The translations under genes were made by a program, and so were the position numbers. Below are positions 48,595 to 57,331 of a stretch of DNA of 64,000 nt, in pieces (position 1 is the first letter of the stretch; each line of letters starts with the position of its first letter). Source of the stretch: Candidatus Saccharimonadales bacterium (GTDB taxonomy: Bacteria; Patescibacteriota; Saccharimonadia; Saccharimonadales; JAGPDM01); assembly GCA_044227985.1 (NCBI GenBank), contig JBGAVT010000003.1:20250-84249 (forward strand). The letters are read 5' to 3'. The notes below the pieces were generated by a model, which worked only from the letters and a program-made list of their open reading frames with translations, made no database searches and was not told where the DNA came from.

Positions 48595-49653
48595 TTACAG
48601 AACTCTTTTAGCGTTAACTGCTTTCTCGTGATCGATAACACCATCTTGCATAACAGACTCGCTGTTTAGAAAAACATTCTGTACACGACCGAAAACCCTC
48701 TTACCTTCGAATGGCGACCACTTGGCTTTACTCTGCGAGTTCTTTGCACTGTAGAAGTACGATTCCTCATTTATTTCAATATAGTTTGTATCGTCAAGTT
48801 TTAAGTTAAATAATCTTATAGGACAATTATGGGTAAGATCAAGTAGTTTTTCACGACTCAAGCGGTTCTCTTGTTCGGCTTGCAAGAGCAATGGCAAGGT
48901 CGACTCGAGTCCAGGAATACCAAATGCACCAGCTTTTTTGTCGGTTAACGTGTGTGGTGCGTGGTCGCTTTCTATTAAGTCAATTGCATCTAAATTATCC
49001 CAAAGGAACTGTACATCTTTTTTGCTTTTTAATGACGGTTTCATCTGAGCAAATTCACCAATCCGTACTCCATCTTCTTCATCTAAGAAAAGATGGTGAG
49101 GTGTCACACCGCATGTAACGTTTCGACCTTTGTTTTTAGCACGAATAATTTTTGTTAAAATTTCTTGGCTTGGCATATGGGCTACATGAATGTGACGGTC
49201 GGATGACTCTAACGATTGAATCGCTAAATCGATTGTTGACTCTTCGGTATGTAGTACTATCGGTTTATCTTTTGGCCAACGTTCATAAATCTCAGCCAGT
49301 TTATTGAGGTCTAGCACGTAGCCACCGGTTGTAATATTTAGGTATAGCTTTAAGGCCACCGCTTTTTTACTTGCTTCTTCAAATGTGTCGAGATTATCGC
49401 CAAGCGAGCCGTAGTAAAAGCCTATATTACTAAGTGCTTTTTGCTCACCAAGATTGCGTTTCTCATCAAGCCGTTCAATTGTTGTAATCGGCTTTGAAGT
49501 GTTCGGCATATCGAGCACCGTTGTGAAGCCACCAGCTAAAGCGGCTGCCGTGCCACTAGCTAAGTCTTCTTTTTCGTTTTGGCCTGGTTCTCGTAAGTGA
49601 ACGTGCACATCGATGAGTCCGGGTAATGTAATCATACTTCTATTATTGCACAC
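48595..49653 (-). CDS. pyrC: dihydroorotase
   Basis: LPGLIDVHVHLREPG...GGFTTVLDMPNT...DHAPH metal-dependent amidohydrolase motifs. GTG 49653 after GGGAGA; an alternative ATG lies at 49635. Confidence 0.88.
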   Translation of the reverse strand: MCNNRSMITLPGLIDVHVHLREPGQNEKEDLASGTAAALAGGFTTVLDMPNTSKPITTIERLDEKRNLGEQKALSNIGFYYGSLGDNLDTFEEASKKAVALKLYLNITTGGYVLDLNKLAEIYERWPKDKPIVLHTEESTIDLAIQSLESSDRHIHVAHMPSQEILTKIIRAKNKGRNVTCGVTPHHLFLDEEDGVRIGEFAQMKPSLKSKKDVQFLWDNLDAIDLIESDHAPHTLTDKKAGAFGIPGLESTLPLLLQAEQENRLSREKLLDLTHNCPIRLFNLKLDDTNYIEINEESYFYSAKNSQSKAKWSPFEGKRVFGRVQNVFLNSESVMQDGVIDHEKAVNAKRVL

Positions 49654-49712
49654 CTTGATGTCTCCCTGAGAAGAATTTCTGTTATAATTTATGGAAACGA
49701 AAGTGAGGTTCT

Positions 49713-50633
49713 ATGGCATTAGCAAATCGATCATTAGTGGCGATTAACGATTTTGGTAAAGATGAGTGGCTCGAGGTTTTGGATGAGGCTACGGTTATAA
49801 AGCAATCTGGATTAACCTCTCGATCTGATGTATTAAAAGGCAGAATAGTAGCTACCCTCTTCTTTGAAGCTTCAACAAGAACCCGAATGAGTTTCCAAGC
49901 GGCAATCCAAAGACTTGGTGGTGATGTAATCGGTTTTTCGAGCGCATCAATGACAAGCGTTAAAAAAGGCGAAAGCCTAGAAGATACGATTCGTATGGTC
50001 AATGGTTACGCCGATGCCATCGTCATTCGTCATCCTGAAATTGGAGCTGCAAGCCGCGCTCTTGCCGTTTCAGATGTCCCTGTCATCAATGCTGGCGATG
50101 GCGCAAATGAACACCCGACACAGACATTGCTCGATCTTTTCTCAATACAGGAAACTCAAGGCAAACTCGATAATCTGCACATTGGATTTGGTGGCGACAA
50201 TCGATACAGCCGAACTACGCATTCTCTCGTTAAAGCTTTGGCAGCTTTTGATAATAATACGATGGAGTTTATCTCGCCAGATGAGTTGACGCTGCCGCGA
50301 GAACTTCGAGAATTTTTACAAAATAATAGTGTACAATTTTCCGAAACTGATCAGCTTGAAATGGTTCTCGATGATCTTGATACGCTTTATCTTCCTCGAA
50401 TTCAAAAAGAACGCTTTGAGGACCAAGCGGTCTTTGAAAAAGTAAAAAATGTATACCGTTTTGGTCAGGCGCATCTTGATATGACAAAAGAGAACTTCAG
50501 ATTGTTCTCCCCTCTACCTCGTATCGACGAAATCGACACGGCGATTGATGACGATCCCAAGTCGTACTATTTCAAGCAAGCTGCAAACGGTGTGCCAGTT
50601 CGCATGGCTTTACTTCAAAAAATCCTCGGCTGA
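49713..50633 (+). CDS. pyrB: aspartate carbamoyltransferase catalytic subunit
   Basis: 306 aa: FFEASTRTRMSF...HPTQTLLD...LSPLPR. TGtTATAAT (49680-49688) is followed by a 24-nt leader with GTGAGG. Confidence 0.92.
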   Translation: MALANRSLVAINDFGKDEWLEVLDEATVIKQSGLTSRSDVLKGRIVATLFFEASTRTRMSFQAAIQRLGGDVIGFSSASMTSVKKGESLEDTIRMVNGYADAIVIRHPEIGAASRALAVSDVPVINAGDGANEHPTQTLLDLFSIQETQGKLDNLHIGFGGDNRYSRTTHSLVKALAAFDNNTMEFISPDELTLPRELREFLQNNSVQFSETDQLEMVLDDLDTLYLPRIQKERFEDQAVFEKVKNVYRFGQAHLDMTKENFRLFSPLPRIDEIDTAIDDDPKSYYFKQAANGVPVRMALLQKILG

Positions 50634-50650
50634 TTCATCTGTATAAAATA

Positions 50651-50679
50651 TTGACAAAATAGTTATAAAACTATATTAT
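50651..50679 (+). promoter_or_regulatory. promoter of orphan gene 50702
   Basis: TTGACA (50651-50656), a 17-nt spacer, TATTAT (50674-50679). GGAG lies at 50692-50695 before the ATG. Confidence 0.55.
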
Positions 50680-50701
50680 ATTTTTATAATTTGGAGAAAA
50701 T

Positions 50702-52249
50702 ATGTCTGATACCGAACATGACGTTTTAGAAATGCTTGTTGAAGCAAGGAATTTAGAAAGACAAAATTTCAATTTTTATCAGGAAGAAATTGAACCAGCA
50801 ACATCAATAAGTTCTGACGCTATTGATTTAGATAGTAGAGGTATACCTGTCGCGGATCGATTAACTCCTACGAATATGGCAGATTTTTACCGAAGAGCTG
50901 GCTCTTTCATAGAAACGGCTAGCGCATTTACAGGCGATAGTGATACTTTTCCACTAAGATCTGCACGTATAGATGGTGAAAGATTAGTTTATTCACCAGC
51001 AAGAGATAAAGCTCACCAACTCGATGTGTACTCTGAACAGATGGCGAACGTTTTGGCTAGTGGAGAGCTATATGTCGGCCAGTCGCCCGGAGAAACAACT
51101 AATGAGGTATTCGGCAGAAATTTTGGCGGAGATGAAAAGCTCCCACCAGTTACTTTCGTCGATGTGCTGGATACGTTACGCGGAGTTTATCGAGAACAAG
51201 GTGGCCGTGGTACTAAAATGGGTTCATTACTGAGGACACAACTCGAGCATGTTAAGGATGATGAATACTACCGGGCAAATCAACCCGAGCTCTACTCAAT
51301 GTTTGCGGACGGAATAATGGAGATAATCGACGATGGCGAAGCCGAGCTTGACCCTGAACGCGGAATCCAAAAGAGAGGACAACGTATTGAAGAAAGCGAT
51401 AAATCTCCTAATGTTTTGAGAATGCTGGCATATGCCGACGCAGTTGCCCCTCTCTTTGAAAGTGGCGATGAAGAAACTAGTGATGCTGTCTTTCTCCAAA
51501 TATTAGATACGGTTAAGCGGCACACCAAAGCGATGGACGAAATCGATAGAGTGGACGTTATTGATCGTTTATTTATTGATTTTACAGGAGCCAACAAACA
51601 ACGTAGAAATTTACTCCAGCCTGGAGCTAGAAAAGCACAAGAAGCAATCATGGCCGCGTTTATAACAATGGATATGAGGGATGCTAGTAAAAAATTAGAC
51701 TTGGATTGTCGGCAATTAGACCAAAAATTAATGACGTATGACAAAGTGGACTACATGCAGCACGCCAGTTCTGTAACTCGTCAATGGAGGAACGTTGAAA
51801 GATTTGTCGAATTTGCAGGGGCAGATAAATGCGATGAATTATTTCATAGAACTGATGGATTTGATGATCTTGATGAATTAGATATGAGTAAACCTTTGGA
51901 TGTTGTATTTTATGACTATACCACATCATTTAGTAATACAATCTTTAATCCGAAAGTAGACGAACTTGGATGGGCGGTACCTCGCTCATCTGCAAGCATT
52001 ATTATGACTCTCGAGCCACGAATAAGCCACGAAGATATCGACAGCTTAAAGGGTCTCCATAAAAAGTTATATCTTGATCCTCTCAATAGGCATCTCTCGC
52101 CACCCGCTCCTTATCCCCAAACTGTTCCTGGTGCTAGAAGCGAATATGTTCAAAGAATGACTAAGATTTTGAGTCGATTTAGTGTTAATCCAAGTGATGG
52201 ATATGATAGTGAGCAAAATTTTACTGGTTTACCAAATATCAAAAATTAG
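50702..52249 (+). CDS. large acidic hypothetical protein (515 aa)
   Basis: Long uninterrupted ORF with its own consensus-like promoter and SD. I recognised no family. Confidence 0.65.
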   Translation: MSDTEHDVLEMLVEARNLERQNFNFYQEEIEPATSISSDAIDLDSRGIPVADRLTPTNMADFYRRAGSFIETASAFTGDSDTFPLRSARIDGERLVYSPARDKAHQLDVYSEQMANVLASGELYVGQSPGETTNEVFGRNFGGDEKLPPVTFVDVLDTLRGVYREQGGRGTKMGSLLRTQLEHVKDDEYYRANQPELYSMFADGIMEIIDDGEAELDPERGIQKRGQRIEESDKSPNVLRMLAYADAVAPLFESGDEETSDAVFLQILDTVKRHTKAMDEIDRVDVIDRLFIDFTGANKQRRNLLQPGARKAQEAIMAAFITMDMRDASKKLDLDCRQLDQKLMTYDKVDYMQHASSVTRQWRNVERFVEFAGADKCDELFHRTDGFDDLDELDMSKPLDVVFYDYTTSFSNTIFNPKVDELGWAVPRSSASIIMTLEPRISHEDIDSLKGLHKKLYLDPLNRHLSPPAPYPQTVPGARSEYVQRMTKILSRFSVNPSDGYDSEQNFTGLPNIKN

Positions 52250-52764
52250 AAATTTTCCAAAAATATTTCAGCTTGTTTGTGCGACTTTAATATCACGGAA
52301 TCCGTAGAAGTTTCATGTAGCGCTGTTGTGATTCTGCTTTTATGAATTGTGTGCCAACGATAGATATATTTTAGAAATGTCCAATTAAGGGTTTCTTGCC
52401 ACTGCGGATGCATACCTGGCCGCGATTTTTTATGGTATTTAAATCTTCTTTTTAAGACTCCCCAGTAACAAATAACCAATGGGATATCTAGAAAAATCAC
52501 CAAGTCAGCAGCTTCAAACCGTTCAAGGATTACCGAACCGTCGTTGCCGTCGATGATCCATTTTTTTGGCTTGTTTAGTGTTAATGAAAACTCTTTCCAA
52601 GCCTCACGATTATGTAAATAGTCCTTTTCAGGATCAAGAAAGAAATAATCCGAATGAATCAATGGAAGATTAGTCTTTTTTTGGAGCTCAAAAGCAAAGG
52701 TCGTCTTGCCTGCTCCGGGCGAGCCTACAACTGCTATGCGGTTTATTTGCTTAGTCCGTGCCAT
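52246..52764 (-). CDS. P-loop NTPase, adenylate-kinase-like (topology modulation protein FlaR-like)
   Basis: 172 aa with Walker [12 protein letters not shown]. Overlaps the carB 3' end by 22 nt, so it is the last gene of the carAB transcription unit. Confidence 0.65.
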   Translation of the reverse strand: MARTKQINRIAVVGSPGAGKTTFAFELQKKTNLPLIHSDYFFLDPEKDYLHNREAWKEFSLTLNKPKKWIIDGNDGSVILERFEAADLVIFLDIPLVICYWGVLKRRFKYHKKSRPGMHPQWQETLNWTFLKYIYRWHTIHKSRITTALHETSTDSVILKSHKQAEIFLENF

Positions 52765-55700
52765 GATTGGAGGGAGCGGACACTAAATTTTTCATCTGCA
52801 TTCTCTATAGCATCAACTATTGCTTCGGCAGCGAAAATGGTTGTCGCTATCGGGACGTTGTTTTTGCGTGTTGCGATTCTGATGTAATCTCCATCAGCTT
52901 TTGCACCTCGTCCCATTGGCGTATTGATAACGAGTTTAATTAAACCACTATTGATAAGATTGGCTGCGTTGGTTCCATCGTGCGTTTCGCCGTCAGCTGT
53001 AACTTTGGCAACTTCAATTGCGACTTGGACAAATTGTTCTTTGAGATATTTAGATGTACCACCCGTAGCAGCAATTGTGAATCCGAGCTCGATGAATTTT
53101 CGAGCAATTGGCAACAGTGCTTCTTTGTCGCGATTGGCAACCGACAAGAAAACGGTACCAGCATGAGGGATATCATCCCCGCCTGCAACCAGTGCTTTGG
53201 CAAAACTTGTCGCAAAATTATCCGAAACACCCATAACTTCTCCGGTGCTACGCATCTCTGGACCTAGAATTGAATCAGCATCTGCAAAGCGGCTGAATGG
53301 GAAAACCGGTTGTTTGACTGCTACGAGTTTTGAATCGTGCACATTCTGGATTCGATTATGATCATCAATTTTAAATTTATAGACTTTACTCAAGTCTTTT
53401 AACGATTCGCCGAGCATAATTCGAGTAGCAATCTTTATCAGTGGAACACCGATAGCTTTAGCAACAAATGGAACAGTACGACTGGCACGTGGGTTGGCTT
53501 CGATGACATAGACTTCCTCATTTTTTATAGCAAACTGAACGTTTAGTAAACCCACCACTTCAAGGTTCTTAGCGAGCTTTTCAGTTACCTCGATAAGCTT
53601 ACGCGTGACTTTCTCAGATAGGAATTCGGCTGGTATCGCGCAAGCGCTGTCGCCACTGTGGATGCCGGCTTCTTCGACGTGTTGCATGATACCACCGATG
53701 TGAGTCATGCCCGTTTTGTCCCGCAAGGCATCGACATCCACTTCCGTGGCTGACTCTAGAAAATGATCGATTAGTACTGGACGGTTTTTACTCAACCCGC
53801 CTTCTCGACCAAGACTCCCGTCGGCTTTAATTTCCTTTAAGGCATTTTTAAGATCAGCATCATTATAGGCAATCTGCATAGCTCTACCACCGAGAACGTA
53901 ACTTGGCCGAACCAAGACGGGGTAGCCAACTTCTTCAGCGATCTTCAACGAATCTGTAGTATTGGTGGCTGTTCCACCTGCAGGCTGAGCAATTTTAAGT
54001 TTTTTACATAGCTTATTCCACTCGTCACGATCCTCGGCTAAGTCGATACTTTTGGGTGATGTTCCTAGAACTAGTTTTGGATCGATTTGATCAGCCAGCT
54101 TTAGTGGGGTTTGTCCGCCGAGGCTAACGATAACACCGTCAGGATTTTCAAGTTCGATGATATTCTGGGCATCTTCAAAAGTTAGTGGTTCGAAATAGAG
54201 TCGGTCACTGGTGTCATAGTCGGTGCTGACAGTTTCTGGGTTGCAATTAATCATTATTGATTCGTAGCCGGCCTCTTGCAGTGCAAAACTAGCATGGACA
54301 CAAGCATAGTCGAATTCAATTCCTTGCCCGATTCGATTCGGTCCACTACCTAGAATAATAACCTTCTTATTCTTTGACGGTTGGGCCTCATTCTCATCTT
54401 CCCAGGTTGAGTAAAAGTACGGTGTTTCAGCTGCGAACTCAGCGGCACAGGTGTCGACCGTCTTGTAGGTTGGTAATACATCTAGCTTTTGTCGGTATTC
54501 TTTAACCTTACTCATTGGTTCGCCAAGAATGTATCCGAGCTGAGCATCAGCAAAACCGAGTTGCTTCAGCTGTTTCATTTCTTGTTTTTTTACGTCTTCT
54601 AGATTTTTGCCTTTGAGGCTTTTTCTAGCTTCGGAAACTCGCGCCATCTGTACGAGAAACCATAGATCATAGCCGCAGCTTTTACTAATTTCGTCCAAAT
54701 CAACTCCACGACGAATCAATTCTTCTACTGCATATATCCGGTCAGGATTAGCGGTTGCCACATCCGCTAGTAGCTTATTAGTTTCAATTTTTTTGAACTC
54801 AGCCTCACCTTCATCAGAATTAAGCCCAAGCCGTCCCTGCTCAAGGCTTCGCAGAGCTTTCTGCAAGCTTTCAGGAAAAGTACGGCCTATTGCCATGACC
54901 TCACCAACCGATTGCATTTGCGTGCCAAGAATAGCTGGGATGTCTGGAAATTTCTCAAAGGTCCATCGTGGGACCTTGGTCACAACATAGTCTATGGCCG
55001 GTTCGAAACTGGCCGGTGTTTGTTTAGTTATATCGTTCTGAATTTCATCAAGTCGGTACCCTACTGCGAGAAGCGCAGCTATTTTAGCGATTGGAAAACC
55101 AGTAGCTTTACTAGCAAGTGCTGAACTGCGTGAAACACGCGGGTTCATCTCGATAACAACTTGCTCGCCATTTTCTGGATTAACTGCGAATTGGACATTG
55201 CTGCCACCAGTTTCGACGCCAACGCGGCGCAATACGGCAAATGATGCATCACGCATTTCTTGATATTCACGGTCACTTAACGTCTGTGCGGGAGCTACGG
55301 TAATTGAATCACCGGTGTGTACGCCCATTGCATCTACGTTCTCTATGGCGCAAATGATAACGCAGTTATCAGCATTATCGCGCATAACTTCCATTTCAAA
55401 TTCTTTCCAACCTTTTAGCGATTGTTCAACAAGAATCTCGCCGATTGGACTGGCTTTAATGCCAAATTCAACGAGTTTTTCAAATTCTTCTTCGGTGTTT
55501 GCGATTCCAGTACCCTTTCCACCAAGGATATAAGCTGGACGGATAATCATTGGCAGGCCGATTTTTTCTTTGATTGCCTGAGCTTCTAACGGGGTATGAG
55601 CAGTGCCAGATCGGGCTGACTTCAGGCCGATCTCGTCCATCGCTTCTTTGAATACTTGACGATTTTCGGCGGTATTGATCGATTCGGCAGTTGCGCCAAT

Positions 55701-56045
55701 CATTTCGACATTGTGTTTCTTCAGGATGCCCAACTGCTCGATTTCCATAGCTAGGTTGAGGGCAGTTTGTCCGCCGAGAGTTGGTAGAAGTGCATCAGGT
55801 TTCTCTAATTCTATGATGCTCTCCAAGACCGAAGCTGTCAGTGGTTCTATATACGTTGCGTCAGCAAAATCAGGGTCTGTCATAATCGTAGCCGGGTTAG
55901 AATTCGCCAAAATAATTCTATAGCCTTCTTCGCGTAAAATCTTACAAGCCTGTGTACCTGAATAGTCGAACTCACAGGCTTGACCGATCACGATTGGGCC
56001 ACTTCCAATTATCAAGATACTTTTAATGTCAGTTCGTTTAGGCAT
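52743..56045 (-). CDS. carB: carbamoyl-phosphate synthase large subunit
   Basis: 1100 aa with duplicated ATP-grasp modules and an MGS-like C-terminal domain. Long blocks are identical to the CarB consensus ([40 protein letters not shown]). Confidence 0.96.
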   Translation of the reverse strand: MPKRTDIKSILIIGSGPIVIGQACEFDYSGTQACKILREEGYRIILANSNPATIMTDPDFADATYIEPLTASVLESIIELEKPDALLPTLGGQTALNLAMEIEQLGILKKHNVEMIGATAESINTAENRQVFKEAMDEIGLKSARSGTAHTPLEAQAIKEKIGLPMIIRPAYILGGKGTGIANTEEEFEKLVEFGIKASPIGEILVEQSLKGWKEFEMEVMRDNADNCVIICAIENVDAMGVHTGDSITVAPAQTLSDREYQEMRDASFAVLRRVGVETGGSNVQFAVNPENGEQVVIEMNPRVSRSSALASKATGFPIAKIAALLAVGYRLDEIQNDITKQTPASFEPAIDYVVTKVPRWTFEKFPDIPAILGTQMQSVGEVMAIGRTFPESLQKALRSLEQGRLGLNSDEGEAEFKKIETNKLLADVATANPDRIYAVEELIRRGVDLDEISKSCGYDLWFLVQMARVSEARKSLKGKNLEDVKKQEMKQLKQLGFADAQLGYILGEPMSKVKEYRQKLDVLPTYKTVDTCAAEFAAETPYFYSTWEDENEAQPSKNKKVIILGSGPNRIGQGIEFDYACVHASFALQEAGYESIMINCNPETVSTDYDTSDRLYFEPLTFEDAQNIIELENPDGVIVSLGGQTPLKLADQIDPKLVLGTSPKSIDLAEDRDEWNKLCKKLKIAQPAGGTATNTTDSLKIAEEVGYPVLVRPSYVLGGRAMQIAYNDADLKNALKEIKADGSLGREGGLSKNRPVLIDHFLESATEVDVDALRDKTGMTHIGGIMQHVEEAGIHSGDSACAIPAEFLSEKVTRKLIEVTEKLAKNLEVVGLLNVQFAIKNEEVYVIEANPRASRTVPFVAKAIGVPLIKIATRIMLGESLKDLSKVYKFKIDDHNRIQNVHDSKLVAVKQPVFPFSRFADADSILGPEMRSTGEVMGVSDNFATSFAKALVAGGDDIPHAGTVFLSVANRDKEALLPIARKFIELGFTIAATGGTSKYLKEQFVQVAIEVAKVTADGETHDGTNAANLINSGLIKLVINTPMGRGAKADGDYIRIATRKNNVPIATTIFAAEAIVDAIENADEKFSVRSLQSWHGLSK

Positions 56046-56181
56046 GATTATTCTCCATCATTTTCTTAAAATCAGTAAACAGATAATGCGCATCGTGCGG
56101 TCCCGGTCCAGCTTCGGGATGGTGCTGCACACTCATGGCGTTATATTTTTTACTTTTGATTCCCTCAACGACTTGGTCGTG
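56038..56181 (-). other. carA: carA 3' segment (47 codons), same frame, directly after the internal TAA
   Basis: Translates as [47 protein letters not shown], the conserved CarA C-terminus. Its stop overlaps the carB ATG (56045) by 8 nt. Confidence 0.85.
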
Positions 56182-57114
56182 TTATTTTAGATGATTAACA
56201 TCGACAACTTTAAGGCTTTTTTCATCAACTGCGAAGTTATGGTTTTGACTAGTTATTTCAACGATATTTGTTTGGTAGTTCATGACTGGATGATTGGCGC
56301 CGTGATGGCCAAACTCTAGTTTGTAAGTTTTAGCACCGAGAGCGCTACAAAGTAGTTGTTGCCCGAGGCAAATTCCAAAAATTTGAACTTTCCCGAGAAG
56401 CTTTTTAATCGTCTCGATTTGAAGTGCGAGAATGCTCGGATCTCCTGGGCCATTACTTAAAAAGATGCCGTCTGGTTTTAGTGCCAATATGTCGTCAGCT
56501 GTTGTCGATGCTGGCACGACGGTAACCTTTGCGAGGCTCGCCAGTTGTTCGACGATTGAAGTTTTCATACCGTAGTCGATAGCAACTATACGTAAGTCTC
56601 CTTTCCCGATTTTGTTGATTGATTCGTTAGTTACGAATTCAACAAAGTTAAATTCGCTTGTTGCTGGCTCCTCTTTGGCTGCCGCGAGGAGTTGATTGTA
56701 GCTGGCGCGTCCAAATGCAGCATTTTGTGAGCCATGGCTTCGTATATGTTTAGTAAGCGCGCGCGTGTCGATTCCACTCAAAACAGACAAATCGTTCGTT
56801 GTCAGATATCGATCAAGAGACGCTGTGCTTTTAAAGTTGCTTGGAACCAAAGAAAGGTCTCTGACAATAACGCCACGAGCATAGACCTCGTTTGATTCAT
56901 TATCGAGCTTATTCGTTCCGTAGTTACCTATATGTGGATAGGTAAAAGTTATAATTTGGCCAGCGTAGCTCGGATCACTGATAATTTCTTGGTAACCGCT
57001 CATAGAAGTATTGAATACGATCTCACCGCTACTTATGCGCTGCTCTGCTCCGTATAGCGTTCCTTCAAAGCTTCGCCCATCTGCCAACACTAATTGATCT
57101 ATTATCTCGTCCAT
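56182..57114 (-). CDS. carA: carbamoyl-phosphate synthase small subunit, first 310 codons up to an in-frame TAA
   Basis: LVLADGRSFEG...TFTYPHIGNYG...IFGICLGQQLL (nucleophile Cys). The ORF ends VDVNHLK-TAA at 56184-56182. Confidence 0.9.
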   Translation of the reverse strand: MDEIIDQLVLADGRSFEGTLYGAEQRISSGEIVFNTSMSGYQEIISDPSYAGQIITFTYPHIGNYGTNKLDNESNEVYARGVIVRDLSLVPSNFKSTASLDRYLTTNDLSVLSGIDTRALTKHIRSHGSQNAAFGRASYNQLLAAAKEEPATSEFNFVEFVTNESINKIGKGDLRIVAIDYGMKTSIVEQLASLAKVTVVPASTTADDILALKPDGIFLSNGPGDPSILALQIETIKKLLGKVQIFGICLGQQLLCSALGAKTYKLEFGHHGANHPVMNYQTNIVEITSQNHNFAVDEKSLKVVDVNHLK

Positions 57115-57138
57115 CGATTGCCTTTCTTATTTTCAGGC

Positions 57139-57169
57139 AAAAAAATAACACTTCCGCGAGTGAAGTGTT
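57139..57169 (-). terminator. intrinsic-terminator-like hairpin plus U-run inside the carA 5' leader (candidate attenuator)
   Basis: Minus strand: AACACTTC-actcgcg-GAAGTGTT followed by ATTTTTTTG, 24 nt before the carA ATG and downstream of the carA promoter. Confidence 0.6.
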
Positions 57170-57206
57170 TTTGAACCGTCCAATGTATTGTTACCATTGA
57201 GATTTT

Positions 57207-57235
57207 ATTATATTCCGAAAGCTCTATATACGCAA
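57207..57235 (-). promoter_or_regulatory. carA promoter
   Basis: Minus strand: TTGCGT (57235-57230), a 17-nt spacer, TATAAT (57212-57207). Confidence 0.6.
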
Positions 57236-57331
57236 ACGCTATTTTGTGGGAATAAAAGTTTAATCACTAATGCTTACTATGCAATAATACTTTATTGACT
57301 TAGTTATTATATTTATGTATAAATAATACAA

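Noticed and set aside
56182-56184. Alternative genetic code (stop reassignment) as the explanation for the carA in-frame TAA
   Set aside because: TAA, TAG and TGA each terminate many well-supported full-length genes in this window at the expected positions, for example trpG (TGA), the trpR-like gene (TAG) and carB (TAA). Global reassignment is therefore not supported. Only local read-through, mutation or error remain.
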